A DNA stretch of 64,000 nucleotides from contig CAZECX010000001.1 of assembly GCA_964510965.1 (NCBI GenBank), positions 13,582 through 77,581 of the forward strand. The letters are read 5' to 3'. This document shows positions 9,957-20,428 of this stretch, in pieces. Every line of letters starts with the position of its first letter. Positions within the stretch are counted from its first letter, which is position 1. The translations under genes were made by a program, and so were the position numbers. This stretch comes from an uncultured Nitrospina sp. (lineage in GTDB: Bacteria > Nitrospinota > Nitrospinia > Nitrospinales > VA-1). A model generated the notes under the pieces. The model saw nothing but the letters and a program-made list of their open reading frames with translations, was not told the origin of the DNA and ran no database searches.

Positions 9957-10054
9957 TGCTTTCCTGTTCTGGATATTTTTGAGAGGGAACGACAATTGGC
10001 TATCAAGATTAACAAATAAGAGATGTCATAACAAGACAGACAATGACCCTATTC

Positions 10055-11062
10055 TCAGGCATTTGAATGATTTCGAGTACGATCCAGTGGAAACGGGCTG
10101 TCCGGGCTGCTGAAATCCGGCAAATTATGCACCTTGGATTCCAGGGATTGCAGGAACAACGACTCAAATCCCAATTCCTTCGCCCAGGCAATCGCCTGTT
10201 CGTATTCTTCCGAGGTGATTCTTCTATTCAAAGTGGATGCTGCTTTATGAACAGGACGATACTGGCTCATCAGACTCAAGGGCACTGAAGACGATAATTC
10301 CAGGGCCACGAAACATAGAGTTTCCCAGGTAGCTTTCATTTGTCCCGGCAAAATAAGATGGCGGACCAAAACACCCTTTTCCGCCAAACCCTGCTCATTT
10401 ATTGAAAGGGGCCCCACTTGTCGAAACATTTCGAGCACTGCCTGTCGCGAATATTCGGGATACGATTTGATATGCGACAATTCTCGGGCCACATCATGAT
10501 CCGCATATTTCAGGTCAGGCAAATAGATATCAACGATTCCATCCAGCAGTTTCAAGGTTTCAATAGCATCATAACTATTACTGTTATATATGATGGGTAA
10601 CCGAAGTCCTTTCTCCCTTGCCAACGCAAGACTTTTTAATAAGCCGGGAACCACATGCGACGGAGAAACCCAACCTATGAAATGAACCCCCTGTTCCTGC
10701 AGACCAAGCATTGCCTCAGCGACCCGATCATAAGAGGCCTGCGAATTATTTTTTTGCTCTCCCCTCCCTTTGGACCACTCTTGAGAAATTTGATAATTCT
10801 GACAATAATCACATCGCATATTGCAAGCAGTCACAAAAAGATTACCCACTCCACGAGTGCCAACCAAGGGTGGCTCTTCACCAAAATGTTGCACGCTGGA
10901 TGAAATATGCAGGTCATCTATCTGACCACAAAACCCGGTATCACCTTCAATGCGATTGACCTCGCAGGCGTGTGGGCAAACCCGACAGCTCCTATAAATT
11001 TCATAGGCCTCATCGGCACGCTGTTGTACTTCCTTTTGCGACAATTCTAAATAAGCAGTCAT
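10055..11062 (-). CDS. Radical SAM enzyme, PflX/COG1313-like
   Basis: 335 aa. CNMRCDYCQN radical-SAM cluster motif preceded by CPHACEVNRIEGDTGFCG. Substrate unknown. Confidence 0.7.
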   Translation of the reverse strand: MTAYLELSQKEVQQRADEAYEIYRSCRVCPHACEVNRIEGDTGFCGQIDDLHISSSVQHFGEEPPLVGTRGVGNLFVTACNMRCDYCQNYQISQEWSKGRGEQKNNSQASYDRVAEAMLGLQEQGVHFIGWVSPSHVVPGLLKSLALAREKGLRLPIIYNSNSYDAIETLKLLDGIVDIYLPDLKYADHDVARELSHIKSYPEYSRQAVLEMFRQVGPLSINEQGLAEKGVLVRHLILPGQMKATWETLCFVALELSSSVPLSLMSQYRPVHKAASTLNRRITSEEYEQAIAWAKELGFESLFLQSLESKVHNLPDFSSPDSPFPLDRTRNHSNA

Positions 11063-11168
11063 TTAATAAATTTAAATTCAAAACAAACCGGTTGACCCAC
11101 AAGCAAGCAGGAGTGTTAATATATTAAAAGTAAATCGAATCTACTCACCCGATCGAGTTTAACCAACT

Positions 11169-13031
11169 ATGAAAAAAATTTTTATTACTATTTTTGGGTT
11201 ATTGCTGCTAACGCAACCCGTAACGGCTACCCCAAAACATGGACTCTCATTATATGGTCCGCAGGACCTTAAATACAATCCCGGCCAACCTTATGATTAT
11301 GCCAACCCCAAAGCACCCAAAGGTGGAAACCTGGTTCTGGCAGACTTTGGTGCTTTCACCAAGTTAAATCCAGCTTCTTTAAAAGGGGTAACCGCTCCAG
11401 TTATCGGGCAATTGATTTTCCAAAATGCAATGGATAGTTCTGCCGATGACAATGAAGCCTTTTCTCAATACGGCAATCTGGTGGAAAAAGCAGAGGTATC
11501 GGATGATCATCTCTCCCTAACCTATTATCTTTATAAGCAGGCCAAATTTTCAGATGGTCACCCTTTGACAGCAGATGATTTTGTATTTTCTTTCGATTTG
11601 ATAAAGGACCCTCAATATCACCCCATATTTAAAGAGTATTTCAAAGATATAAAATCCATCGAAAAAATTGATGACCATACCGTTCGATACCATTTCGCAA
11701 TTCACAATCAAGAATTGCCGTTGATCACAGGACAAATGTTTATCTTCCCCAAACATATTTATGGTGCAGATGGAAAATCGTTTGGTTCCGATTTTGATGA
11801 TATGGCTGTAGGAAGTGGACCCTACACCGTCGAAAAATACGAATACGGGAAATACATCACCTACAAGCGCAATCCAAATTGGTGGGGAAAAGATATAGCC
11901 ATCAATAAAGGGCGATATAATTTTGATCGCGTCACATTTAAAATTTACCTTGACCCGGTGGCGCAACGCGAAGCGTTCAAAGGCGGTGAATTTGATATGC
12001 AATTGGTTAACAGTTCTCGTGACTGGGCATTGGACTACAAAGGCGATTTCGTTAAAAAAGGTTATTACGTTCGGAAGGAGTTTCCACACACACGTATTGC
12101 CGGTATGCAGGGCTTCGCCATGAATATGCGTAGCGAAATATTCAAATCGCGTAAAGTTCGCGCGGCTTTGGCTATGGTTTTTGATTTCGAATGGAGCAAT
12201 AAAAATCTCTTTTATGGACAATACACTCGAAACGATTGCTATTTTGACAATAACCCGGAAGTAAAACCTCAAGGAATACCCACAGGAGAAGTAAAAACTT
12301 TACTCGAATCTTTACGCGCAAAATATAAAAAATTTGTACCCAAAACCGCGCTCACCAAACCTGTCGGTGCACCGGGACAGGGGTTACCAGCAGAAAGAAA
12401 CCTCAAAGTAGCAAACTCCTTGCTCGACTCTGCCGGCTGGAAAATCGGCAGCGATGGCGTTCGCAGTAAAGGCCATCACCGAATGGAATTCGAACTTCTG
12501 TTAGCGGGGCCGGGTTTCCAACGCATTGCCGAACCTTATAAGAATAACTTGAAAAAAATAGGCGTGCATATGGACATCAAGGTCGTCCAGATTGCCGAAT
12601 ATGAAGAACGTTTGCGTAATTTCAAATTTGGGATGATTGTTGCCGGCTTCCCTCAAAGTCGTTCACCAGGTAATGAACAACGATACATGTGGGGCAGTGA
12701 AGCGGCTGATACACCAGGGACTCGAAATTATATGGGAATTAAGAATCCCGCACTCGATGAACTGGTCGAACAAATTGTTTCAGCAAAAACCCGTAAAGAC
12801 CTTGTCGTGAATGTTCAGGCCCTGGACCGAATTCTCACGCATCAGTATTTTGTAGTTCCCCATTGGTACATTGCATACGACAGAGCCGTTTATTGGAACA
12901 AGTTTGGCAGACCCAAAAAGAATGCTTCGCAAGCTGCAATAAGTAACAATCTTCTGGAATGGTGGTGGTGGGATAAAGACAAGGCCGACAAACTTAAAAA
13001 AGCCCGCGCCGCCGGAACACCTGTAAATTAA
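11169..13031 (+). CDS. yejA: ABC transporter substrate-binding protein, family 5 (YejA-like)
   Basis: 620 aa with a signal peptide and the length and organisation of YejA-type peptide binding proteins. It is the first gene of a yejABEF-ordered operon. Confidence 0.8.
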   Translation: MKKIFITIFGLLLLTQPVTATPKHGLSLYGPQDLKYNPGQPYDYANPKAPKGGNLVLADFGAFTKLNPASLKGVTAPVIGQLIFQNAMDSSADDNEAFSQYGNLVEKAEVSDDHLSLTYYLYKQAKFSDGHPLTADDFVFSFDLIKDPQYHPIFKEYFKDIKSIEKIDDHTVRYHFAIHNQELPLITGQMFIFPKHIYGADGKSFGSDFDDMAVGSGPYTVEKYEYGKYITYKRNPNWWGKDIAINKGRYNFDRVTFKIYLDPVAQREAFKGGEFDMQLVNSSRDWALDYKGDFVKKGYYVRKEFPHTRIAGMQGFAMNMRSEIFKSRKVRAALAMVFDFEWSNKNLFYGQYTRNDCYFDNNPEVKPQGIPTGEVKTLLESLRAKYKKFVPKTALTKPVGAPGQGLPAERNLKVANSLLDSAGWKIGSDGVRSKGHHRMEFELLLAGPGFQRIAEPYKNNLKKIGVHMDIKVVQIAEYEERLRNFKFGMIVAGFPQSRSPGNEQRYMWGSEAADTPGTRNYMGIKNPALDELVEQIVSAKTRKDLVVNVQALDRILTHQYFVVPHWYIAYDRAVYWNKFGRPKKNASQAAISNNLLEWWWWDKDKADKLKKARAAGTPVN

Positions 13032-13037
13032 ACATCC

Positions 13038-14177
13038 ATGACCGCTTACATTATCCGCCGTATTTTACTGATGTTTCCGACTTTGATCGGGATTGTCACC
13101 ATCACCTTCATTGCGACCCAATTCGTTCCCGGCGGTCCCATCGATCAAATGAAATCTCTTTTAAAGGGGCATGGCAGCACCCTCACCGAAGCTGGCGGTG
13201 GAGCAATGACCGGTCCTGGCAGCAAGCAACGAGAGTTAGACCCAAAGCACTATGAAGAACTGAAAAAAATCTACCATTTGGATAGACCTCTCTGGGAAAG
13301 ATATCTGAGAACATTTCTATGGTACTCACCGCAAAAAAAAGACGAACCCCTACTTGATTCCATCTTCAATTATGACAACTGGGAAGGCTTTCTGGTTTTC
13401 AAATTCGGCAACTCCTTTTATAGAAATAAATCTGTTTTATCTTTGATAAAAGAAAAACTTCCTGTTTCCGCTTCGTTAGGCGTCACCAGTTTTTTTCTAA
13501 CCTATACCATTTGCATTTTTCTGGGCATTGCCAAGGCCGTAAAGAATGGCAGCCGGTTTGACACCTGGACGAGTTTGATCGTATTGATCGGCTACAGCGT
13601 TCCCGGCTTTGTGCTCGCCATTTTTCTCATTGTGCTTTTGGGTCCCGGCGATGGAGCGATAACACATCTCATACCCATTGCCGGATTGACTTCAGCAGGG
13701 ACCCCCGGCTATGAAAGCTGGACCTTCTGGGAAAAGTTCACCGACTACCTGCATCATCTTGCCGCCCCCCTATTCTGTTATGTCCTCGGAGGATTCGCCA
13801 CATTGACTCTGCTGACCAAAAATGCCTTTTTGGAGGAAATGCGCAAACAATATGTTTTGACGGCGCGCGCCAAGGGACTGCCGGAAAAAACCGTGTTTTT
13901 CAAACATGTACTGAAAAATTCACTCATCCCCCTGGTGACCGGATTCCCAATCGCTTTCCTTGCCATGTTCTTTACCGGCTCGTTATTGCTCGAACAAATT
14001 TTCACGCTGGATGGACTCGGCCTGCTTTCTTATCAGGCGGTGATTCAGCGGGACTATCCTATTGTTCTGGGAACCCTTTTCATTTTTTCTCTTATGGCTC
14101 TGATAGGTCAGTTATTGACCGACCTTTCATATGTTTTGATCGATCCTAGAATTTCTTTTGACGAGTCACAGGGATAA
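13038..14177 (+). CDS. yejB: ABC transporter permease YejB
   Basis: Collinear with E. coli YejB as I recall it (YIIRRILLMFPTL..., FGNSFYRNKSVLSLIKEKLPVS, RKQYVLTARAKGLPEK, LIDPRISF). Confidence 0.85.
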   Translation: MTAYIIRRILLMFPTLIGIVTITFIATQFVPGGPIDQMKSLLKGHGSTLTEAGGGAMTGPGSKQRELDPKHYEELKKIYHLDRPLWERYLRTFLWYSPQKKDEPLLDSIFNYDNWEGFLVFKFGNSFYRNKSVLSLIKEKLPVSASLGVTSFFLTYTICIFLGIAKAVKNGSRFDTWTSLIVLIGYSVPGFVLAIFLIVLLGPGDGAITHLIPIAGLTSAGTPGYESWTFWEKFTDYLHHLAAPLFCYVLGGFATLTLLTKNAFLEEMRKQYVLTARAKGLPEKTVFFKHVLKNSLIPLVTGFPIAFLAMFFTGSLLLEQIFTLDGLGLLSYQAVIQRDYPIVLGTLFIFSLMALIGQLLTDLSYVLIDPRISFDESQG

Positions 14178-14178
14178 T

Positions 14179-15381
14179 ATGTTTCGATTGAACAAAGAAT
14201 GGAAAGTAAGGCTGGGAGTATTCCGAAACGACCGCAGGTCGTATCTTAGTTTTTTGATGCTGGTATCGCTTTTCCTTTTAACCCTGCCAGCAGAGATGAT
14301 TTGTAATGTCCGTCCTTTAGTTATTGTTGTGGATGGGAAACCCCATTTCCCTATATTGGTTACATACAGTGAAAAAGACTTTGGCGGCAGTTTGCCAAGC
14401 GAGCCTGATTATAAGTCCAAAAGTTTTTCTGAGCTTTTAAGTGGCGTGTCGGCGACAACCGATTCGGAAGGCACTGGTCTGGGTTTAGACTTGGGGGACT
14501 TTGAAGACGAGGAAGATAACAACGCTATACCTGAACCTTTGAATGACATCCTCCAAAATTCTCCAAGGGATTTCTGGATGGTTTGGCCACCGGTTCGCTA
14601 TGACTACAAATATATTCCTACCGAATCCAATACCGGGAATGTTGTGCTTGCGGCTCCTTACCAGACGGAGTCACCTATTGGCAAAGGGTCCATTGAATCT
14701 TCCTGGGCCGATGGTCATTATTTAGGCACCGATGATCGAGGGCGCGATGTGTTAGCCCGGCTGATTTATGGGTTCAGGATATCCATGATCTTTGGGATAT
14801 CGTTGGCAATAACCGGAACGATAATAGGTTGCTTAATTGGCGGCACGCAAGGGTTCTTTGGTGGTTGGGTGGACCTTTCGGGACAAAGACTGACGGAAAT
14901 ATGGGGTTCCATACCGCGTCTTTATATTTTAATCATCCTCAGTTCTTTTCTTGTGCCCTCGGCTTTGTTACTCTTTCTGATTTTAAATCTAACTGCATGG
15001 ATGGGAATTGCCGCATATATACGGGCTGAATTTTTGAAGATAAGGAACTACGAGTTTGTCAAGGCGGCCAAAAGCCTGGGAGTTTCAAATTTCAAAATCA
15101 TGCGCCGACACATTCTTCCCAATGCTCTGACTCCTGTCGTCACCTTTTTTCCTTTCGAAGTAACTGCGGGAATACTTGCGTTGGTGAGCCTCGATTTTCT
15201 AAATTTAGGAGTTCCCAGTCCCGCTCCAAGCCTCGGCGAACTTTTGGCACAGGGGAAAAACAATCTTCATGCCATATGGATACTGTTACCTACATTTGTA
15301 ACCTTAAGCTTGACGATCACCTTGCTGACTTTTGTAGGTGAAGGTGTTCGAAATGCTTTTGATCCAAGAAAAACTCTATAA
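14179..15381 (+). CDS. yejE: ABC transporter permease YejE
   Basis: ATG 14179 lies 1 nt after the yejB stop. Matches YejE (FRNDRRSYLSF, LGTDDRGRDVLARLIYG, SLGELLAQGKNNL). It carries an extra acidic insertion of about 50 aa (GLGLDLGDFEDEEDNN) in the first periplasmic loop. Confidence 0.85.
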   Translation: MFRLNKEWKVRLGVFRNDRRSYLSFLMLVSLFLLTLPAEMICNVRPLVIVVDGKPHFPILVTYSEKDFGGSLPSEPDYKSKSFSELLSGVSATTDSEGTGLGLDLGDFEDEEDNNAIPEPLNDILQNSPRDFWMVWPPVRYDYKYIPTESNTGNVVLAAPYQTESPIGKGSIESSWADGHYLGTDDRGRDVLARLIYGFRISMIFGISLAITGTIIGCLIGGTQGFFGGWVDLSGQRLTEIWGSIPRLYILIILSSFLVPSALLLFLILNLTAWMGIAAYIRAEFLKIRNYEFVKAAKSLGVSNFKIMRRHILPNALTPVVTFFPFEVTAGILALVSLDFLNLGVPSPAPSLGELLAQGKNNLHAIWILLPTFVTLSLTITLLTFVGEGVRNAFDPRKTL

Positions 15382-15382
15382 A

Positions 15383-17389
15383 ATGCTGCTCTCCGTAAAA
15401 AATCTCTCCACTCATTTCCATGCCGGTCCAGGAAAAATTGCCCGTGCTGTCGATGGTGTTTCTTTTGATTTACAGCAAGGCAAAACTCTAGCACTGGTGG
15501 GGGAATCCGGTTGCGGGAAAACTCAAACTGCTTTTTCCATCATAAAATTGATTGCTGAAAATGGCTATCATCCTTCGGGAGAAATAATTTTCGAAGGCCG
15601 TAATCTTTCCAAATCAACCCAGGAAGATATGCGGCATCTGCGTGGAAATGACATCGCCATGATATTTCAAGAGCCAATGACCTCTCTCAATCCCCTATTT
15701 CGTATTGGCGATCAATTGCAGGAACCCTTAAAGCAACACCTGAAAATTTCACAGGGAGCTTCACGCATTCGTGCCATCGAATTATTAGAGCGAGTTGGCA
15801 TACCCGACCCTCACAAACGAGTCGATGATTTTCCACATCAATTGTCGGGGGGTATGAAGCAGAGGGTCATGATTGCCATGGCTTTGGCCTGTGAGCCCAA
15901 ACTACTGATTGCAGATGAACCCACCACGGCATTGGATGTAACGATTCAGGCGCAAGTTTTGCGATTAATGAGTGATCTACAAAAACAAACGGGCATGGCT
16001 ATTTTACTCATCACTCATGATATGGGAATCGTAAACCAAATGGCGGATGATCTATGCATCATGTACGGAGGCCGGGTTGCGGAATATGGCAGCCGGGAAC
16101 AGATCTTCAATAACATGTCCCACCCCTACACCAAGCTTCTTTTCAGTTCGATTCCTAAATTGGAAAAGCCATCGTTTCTTTTAGAAACCGTACCGGGCCT
16201 TGTCCCTTCGGCAACCGATTATGAGGAAGGATGCCGATTTGCAAATCGTTGCCCGGCGGTAATGGATGTCTGCCAAAAAGAAAGTACTGTCCATACCCCC
16301 TCACCAGGCCATCAAGTTACATGTCATTTATTAGATAGGGGAATTAAATCTAAATGGGATTTAAAAGATCAGAAAAAGCCTCTTAGTAAACGCCCTCTTA
16401 ATGATCAACCCCTAATTTCCATAAAAAATCTTAATACATTTTTTCCGGTACGGAAGGGAGTTTTTTTACGTACGGTGGCTCACGTTCGTGCGGTTGATAA
16501 TATCGACCTGAAAATACCCAAAGGATCAACGGTTGCATTGGTGGGAGAATCAGGTTGCGGGAAAACCACCTTGGGAGAATCCCTTTTAAAACTGAACACA
16601 TATGCAAAAGGAGAAGTGATTTTTTCCGGCCAAAATGTAATGCAATTAACCGGGAAGGACTTGAAGCAATTTCGCAAACATATGCAAATGGTGTTTCAGG
16701 ATCCCTTTGGCTCTTTACAACCCAGGATGACTATTGAAGGGATCATTGGAGAGGGACTCGAAGTTCACTATCCTGACTTATCGCAGGAGGAAAAGACAGA
16801 GAAAATTGCAGGAGCCATGCATGAAGTCGGATTGAATAATTCTGTGCTGGAACGTTACCCGCATGAATTTTCAGGAGGACAACGCCAACGCATAGCTATT
16901 GCACGTGCTTTAATTCTGGAACCTGAGTTTCTTGTTTTGGATGAACCCACCAGTGCCTTGGATGTTTCGGTACAAGCGCAAGTATTGAATTTGCTCAAAG
17001 ACCTGCAGACTAAAAGAAATCTTACCTATCTTTTCATCAGCCATAATTTAAGCGTAGTCAGATATCTCGCAGATATCGTTGCTATCATGTATCTTGGAAA
17101 AATCGTCGAGCAAGCTGCCGTTGAAGATTTATTTAGCAATCCGAAACACCCCTACACTCTATCTCTCCTTAATTCCGTTCCCGATCTAGGAGAACGCAAG
17201 CCCTTCGAACCCTTGATCGGAGATGTGCCTTCGCCTCTCCATCCTCCCACTGCCTGTCACTTTCACCCTCGTTGCCCTATTTACTTGAACGAAGAGCCAG
17301 GTTCCGCATTAGCAAAAAAATGCACTACCGAATATCCTGAGATTTCAGGAGATAAAAATAGCTTTGTACGGTGCCATGCTCACAAATAA
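15383..17389 (+). CDS. yejF: ABC transporter ATP-binding protein YejF (duplicated ATPase)
   Basis: ATG 15383 lies 1 nt after the yejE stop. Two Walker A motifs (GESGCGKT twice), two signature motifs (LSGGMKQR, FSGGQRQR) and oligopeptide-type C-terminal Cys motifs. Confidence 0.9.
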   Translation: MLLSVKNLSTHFHAGPGKIARAVDGVSFDLQQGKTLALVGESGCGKTQTAFSIIKLIAENGYHPSGEIIFEGRNLSKSTQEDMRHLRGNDIAMIFQEPMTSLNPLFRIGDQLQEPLKQHLKISQGASRIRAIELLERVGIPDPHKRVDDFPHQLSGGMKQRVMIAMALACEPKLLIADEPTTALDVTIQAQVLRLMSDLQKQTGMAILLITHDMGIVNQMADDLCIMYGGRVAEYGSREQIFNNMSHPYTKLLFSSIPKLEKPSFLLETVPGLVPSATDYEEGCRFANRCPAVMDVCQKESTVHTPSPGHQVTCHLLDRGIKSKWDLKDQKKPLSKRPLNDQPLISIKNLNTFFPVRKGVFLRTVAHVRAVDNIDLKIPKGSTVALVGESGCGKTTLGESLLKLNTYAKGEVIFSGQNVMQLTGKDLKQFRKHMQMVFQDPFGSLQPRMTIEGIIGEGLEVHYPDLSQEEKTEKIAGAMHEVGLNNSVLERYPHEFSGGQRQRIAIARALILEPEFLVLDEPTSALDVSVQAQVLNLLKDLQTKRNLTYLFISHNLSVVRYLADIVAIMYLGKIVEQAAVEDLFSNPKHPYTLSLLNSVPDLGERKPFEPLIGDVPSPLHPPTACHFHPRCPIYLNEEPGSALAKKCTTEYPEISGDKNSFVRCHAHK

Positions 17390-17594
17390 AAACATAAAAC
17401 AAACTCCTAACTGATTGGATTTTCAATAGTAACTATTTCATTGAAATTTGAGATATTGAGACTTTTAAAACTCCATCTTCAATAGTCTTGAATCATTGAG
17501 TCTTAAACATTCCAGCTTTACAGTCGCATTATAAAGGGATATATTTTTCGTCCATTCTTCGGGGAAATGGCTTCCAATTATTAGGAAACCCAAA

Positions 17595-18287
17595 ATGAAA
17601 AATACCCTTGCTCTGTTTCTAAGCCTGGCATTTCTATGCATCGTTTCTTCTGCTTTTTCTCAAGAAGCAAAAGAAGAAAAAACATTAAACACTATACAAT
17701 TGGTTCTGGAAAAAGATCCAGACAACCCTAAATTACTGTCTGAGTTAGGTTTGACTTTTCTGAAAGACAAACAATATCAACAAGCCATTGAACCACTTGA
17801 GAAATCTTTGAAAATCCGGGAAAACGATTCAAAGACACACTTCCACCTTGCTCTTGCTTACGGAGCTGTTGGTCGACATCCCGAAAAGCTTAGAGAATTG
17901 CAGGCAGCGGTTCGACTGGCCCCAGACATGGCTGAAGCCAATCTCAAACTCGCTCTGGCATACGCCGCTAACAAACGACATCAAGAAGCCAGTGAATTTT
18001 ACAAAAAAGCCATCAAGCTGGATCCCGATTATCAGGAAGCGCATTACTTTCTTGCTTTATCTTACTTTTTGACCAATCGCTACAAAGAAGCATTAACCTC
18101 GATTAAAGAATCCATCCGGCTCGCCCCCAGTAATGCAGAAGCACATTACGCCTTGGGTCAAATATATATGAAGCTTGGGCGATTCAATAAAGCCATCCCC
18201 CCCTTGCAAACCGCAATGCGCATAAAACCTGAGCTGCCAAACAGCAAATCTAAGAATTCAGACTCCCGAAATAGGCCACAAAATTAG
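17595..18287 (+). CDS. Secreted TPR-repeat protein
   Basis: Signal peptide MKNTLALFLSLAFLCIVSSAFSQ followed by about 5 canonical TPRs (..AIEPLEKSLKIRENDSKTHFHLALAY..). Confidence 0.7.
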   Translation: MKNTLALFLSLAFLCIVSSAFSQEAKEEKTLNTIQLVLEKDPDNPKLLSELGLTFLKDKQYQQAIEPLEKSLKIRENDSKTHFHLALAYGAVGRHPEKLRELQAAVRLAPDMAEANLKLALAYAANKRHQEASEFYKKAIKLDPDYQEAHYFLALSYFLTNRYKEALTSIKESIRLAPSNAEAHYALGQIYMKLGRFNKAIPPLQTAMRIKPELPNSKSKNSDSRNRPQN

Positions 18288-18433
18288 TAGGTTTTTCCTC
18301 CTGTTTTAAAATATCAGCAATAAGTTTGTAAGCCTTAATAGCTCAAAGCGACTTAGATGCAGGTATTTTAAAGTTCTGCTATCATTACAGAACGTTCATT
18401 TTTTGCAGGAGCAATCTGAATAGGACTAAAACA

Positions 18434-19576
18434 ATGAATAAACTCTACGCAGTATTTATATTTTTTATAAGCGCTTTTCTGCTTGCTAAATTTCTCCCTG
18501 AAAACGCAAATACCGTTGCATACAAAAATGCAGAAGTTGCCTATACAAAAAGTTCAGTTGGAAATGAAGAAATAGCCATTCTTGCCGGTGGATGTTTCTG
18601 GTGTATGGAGCACCCTTTTGAAGATCTTCCAGGCGTATCCCAGTCAATCTCTGGCTATACGGGTGGCAAAAAGAAAAATGCTACCTATAAAAAAGTCGCC
18701 TCAGGCCAAACTCAACATCTTGAAGCCGTTGAGATCCATTTTAATCCGGAGAAAATTTCTTACGCAGACATTCTTGAGGTTTTCTGGCGCAACATTAATC
18801 CCACGGATAAAGGTGGCCAATTTGTTGACCGTGGCAGCCAGTACCGGACGGGAATTTTCTATGGCAGTGAGAAGCAAAAAGAGATCGCAGATAAATCCAA
18901 AGAAAAACTGTTGAAAAGTGGGCGATTCAAAAAGCCCATCGTAACCCCTGTAATTGAGGCTTCTCCCTTTTACAGAGCCGAAGAATATCATCAGGATTTT
19001 TTCAAAAAGAATTTCATCCGTTATAAAATATATCGGGCGGGGTCTGGGCGTGACGAATTTATAGATAAATTCTGGGGAGATGACAAGGAATATAAAATTT
19101 CCAACAGGCATCAATCTTCCCCCAATATAATCAAGGTTGGGGATAAAAGTGAATCTGTTAAAAAACTCAGCAAACTTCAATACTACGTTACCCAGAAAAA
19201 TGGTACAGAACCCCCCTACATGAACAAGTATTGGGACAACAAACGTGCTGGGGTATATGTTGATGTTGTTTCAGGGGAGCCTTTATTCAGTTCAAAGGAC
19301 AAGTTTAAATCAGGTACAGGTTGGCCCTCTTTTACCAGACCCTTGGTCCCTGAAAATGTAGTAAACCTAAGCGACACCTCATTCAATATGACTCGGGTAG
19401 AGGTTAGGTCGTCAAATGCAGACTCTCATCTTGGTCACTTATTTAACGATGGCCCCAAGCCTACTGGAAAAAGGTATTGTATTAACTCCGCATCACTGAG
19501 GTTTGTACCGGTTGAAAAACTGAAAGAGGAAGGCCTGGACGATTTCCTTCCAATGTTCGATCTGGATGGAATTTAA
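18434..19576 (+). CDS. msrAB: Exported bifunctional methionine sulfoxide reductase MsrA-MsrB
   Basis: N-terminal hydrophobic anchor or signal. MsrA motif GGCFWCME, MsrB motifs GTGWPSF and [11 protein letters not shown]. Confidence 0.85.
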   Translation: MNKLYAVFIFFISAFLLAKFLPENANTVAYKNAEVAYTKSSVGNEEIAILAGGCFWCMEHPFEDLPGVSQSISGYTGGKKKNATYKKVASGQTQHLEAVEIHFNPEKISYADILEVFWRNINPTDKGGQFVDRGSQYRTGIFYGSEKQKEIADKSKEKLLKSGRFKKPIVTPVIEASPFYRAEEYHQDFFKKNFIRYKIYRAGSGRDEFIDKFWGDDKEYKISNRHQSSPNIIKVGDKSESVKKLSKLQYYVTQKNGTEPPYMNKYWDNKRAGVYVDVVSGEPLFSSKDKFKSGTGWPSFTRPLVPENVVNLSDTSFNMTRVEVRSSNADSHLGHLFNDGPKPTGKRYCINSASLRFVPVEKLKEEGLDDFLPMFDLDGI

Positions 19577-19584
19577 AAGCTAGC

Positions 19585-19848
19585 ATGTGGCATTTGTATT
19601 TAATACGGACCAAGATGGGGAATCTTTACACAGGTATTACTCAGGATGTGCAAAGAAGATTTAAGGAACATCAGGAAGGTGGAGCTAAAGGTGCAAAATA
19701 TTTAAGAGGGAAAAAACCTCTGAAGCTGGTATTTCATAAGAAAATTGGCAGCCGTTCTCAGGCATTAAAAACTGAGGCAGCAATAAAAAAGTGGTCTAAG
19801 GGAAAAAAAGAATCTTTGATAAAAAAAGAGATTCAGCTAACCTTATAA
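19585..19848 (+). CDS. GIY-YIG domain protein (UPF0213-like)
   Basis: 87 aa. [29 protein letters not shown] is a GIY-YIG core. Confidence 0.7.
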   Translation: MWHLYLIRTKMGNLYTGITQDVQRRFKEHQEGGAKGAKYLRGKKPLKLVFHKKIGSRSQALKTEAAIKKWSKGKKESLIKKEIQLTL

Positions 19849-20149
19849 AACAGTCCTAAAACTAGTGGACTATATTTTCCTAATCAGCATTCCACTCCGT
19901 TAGAAAATAATAAATGACAGTAACCGCAATCACCCCGCCCAACCCAATCGATAACAAAGTGCTTAAACTCATTTGGCATTTTTCCTTTCATATTAAACGC
20001 TAAAATCGAGTTCTAGAGTTTACCTTTAAACTCATAATATACCAATAGGGCTAATTTTGATCTGTTCTTTCTATATAAGTTATTGACAAATAAGGAGATA
20101 TGTGGATAATAGATCTATATTTCCAAAAACAAAAATTAAGGGTTCTGGG

Positions 20150-20177
20150 CATTTTCTCCCGATTACGGGAGAAAATG
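20150..20177 (+). promoter_or_regulatory. Perfect 12-bp stem / 4-nt loop hairpin
   Basis: CATTTTCTCCCG-atta-CGGGAGAAAATG, about 30 nt upstream of ATG 20209. No clean T-run follows. Confidence 0.5.
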
Positions 20178-20208
20178 GGGATTTTGAGGAACCGAATTGA
20201 GGTCAATT

Positions 20209-20388
20209 ATGTTTGATATCTCAGAAAATGGAAAAGAGGCGGTCGTTGCATATTTAAAAGAAACAGTTGGCAATAAGAAGATTAGGAAGCCTGAGCAGTT
20301 AAAAAATTTGAATGAGTTAGATGGGGTATTTAAGAAAAGCAGATTACAAAACCTTATTTTAACTAAATCTTTAATTGTAAAACTATAA
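20209..20388 (+). CDS. Hypothetical small protein
   Basis: 59 aa from ATG 20209 (GAGG 6 nt upstream), lying just upstream of the glycosyltransferase genes. I recognise no motif. Confidence 0.3.
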   Translation: MFDISENGKEAVVAYLKETVGNKKIRKPEQLKNLNELDGVFKKSRLQNLILTKSLIVKL

Positions 20389-20428
20389 GAAGAGTTAATT
20401 TACCCAGAATTACTGGTATTATTTGACT

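Noticed and set aside
11550-12272. 240-aa minus-strand ORF
   Set aside because: It lies entirely antisense within the well-supported yejA-like binding-protein gene and has no recognisable domain. The same reasoning applies to the other long antisense ORFs (9339-10019, 18701-19180, 20761-21285, 33355-33735, 7351-7794).
19585-19848. GIY-YIG gene as a homing endonuclease or mobile element marker
   Set aside because: It is an 87-aa stand-alone UPF0213-type domain. It has no intron, intein, repeat or integrase context and sits 8 nt after msrAB in the same operon.
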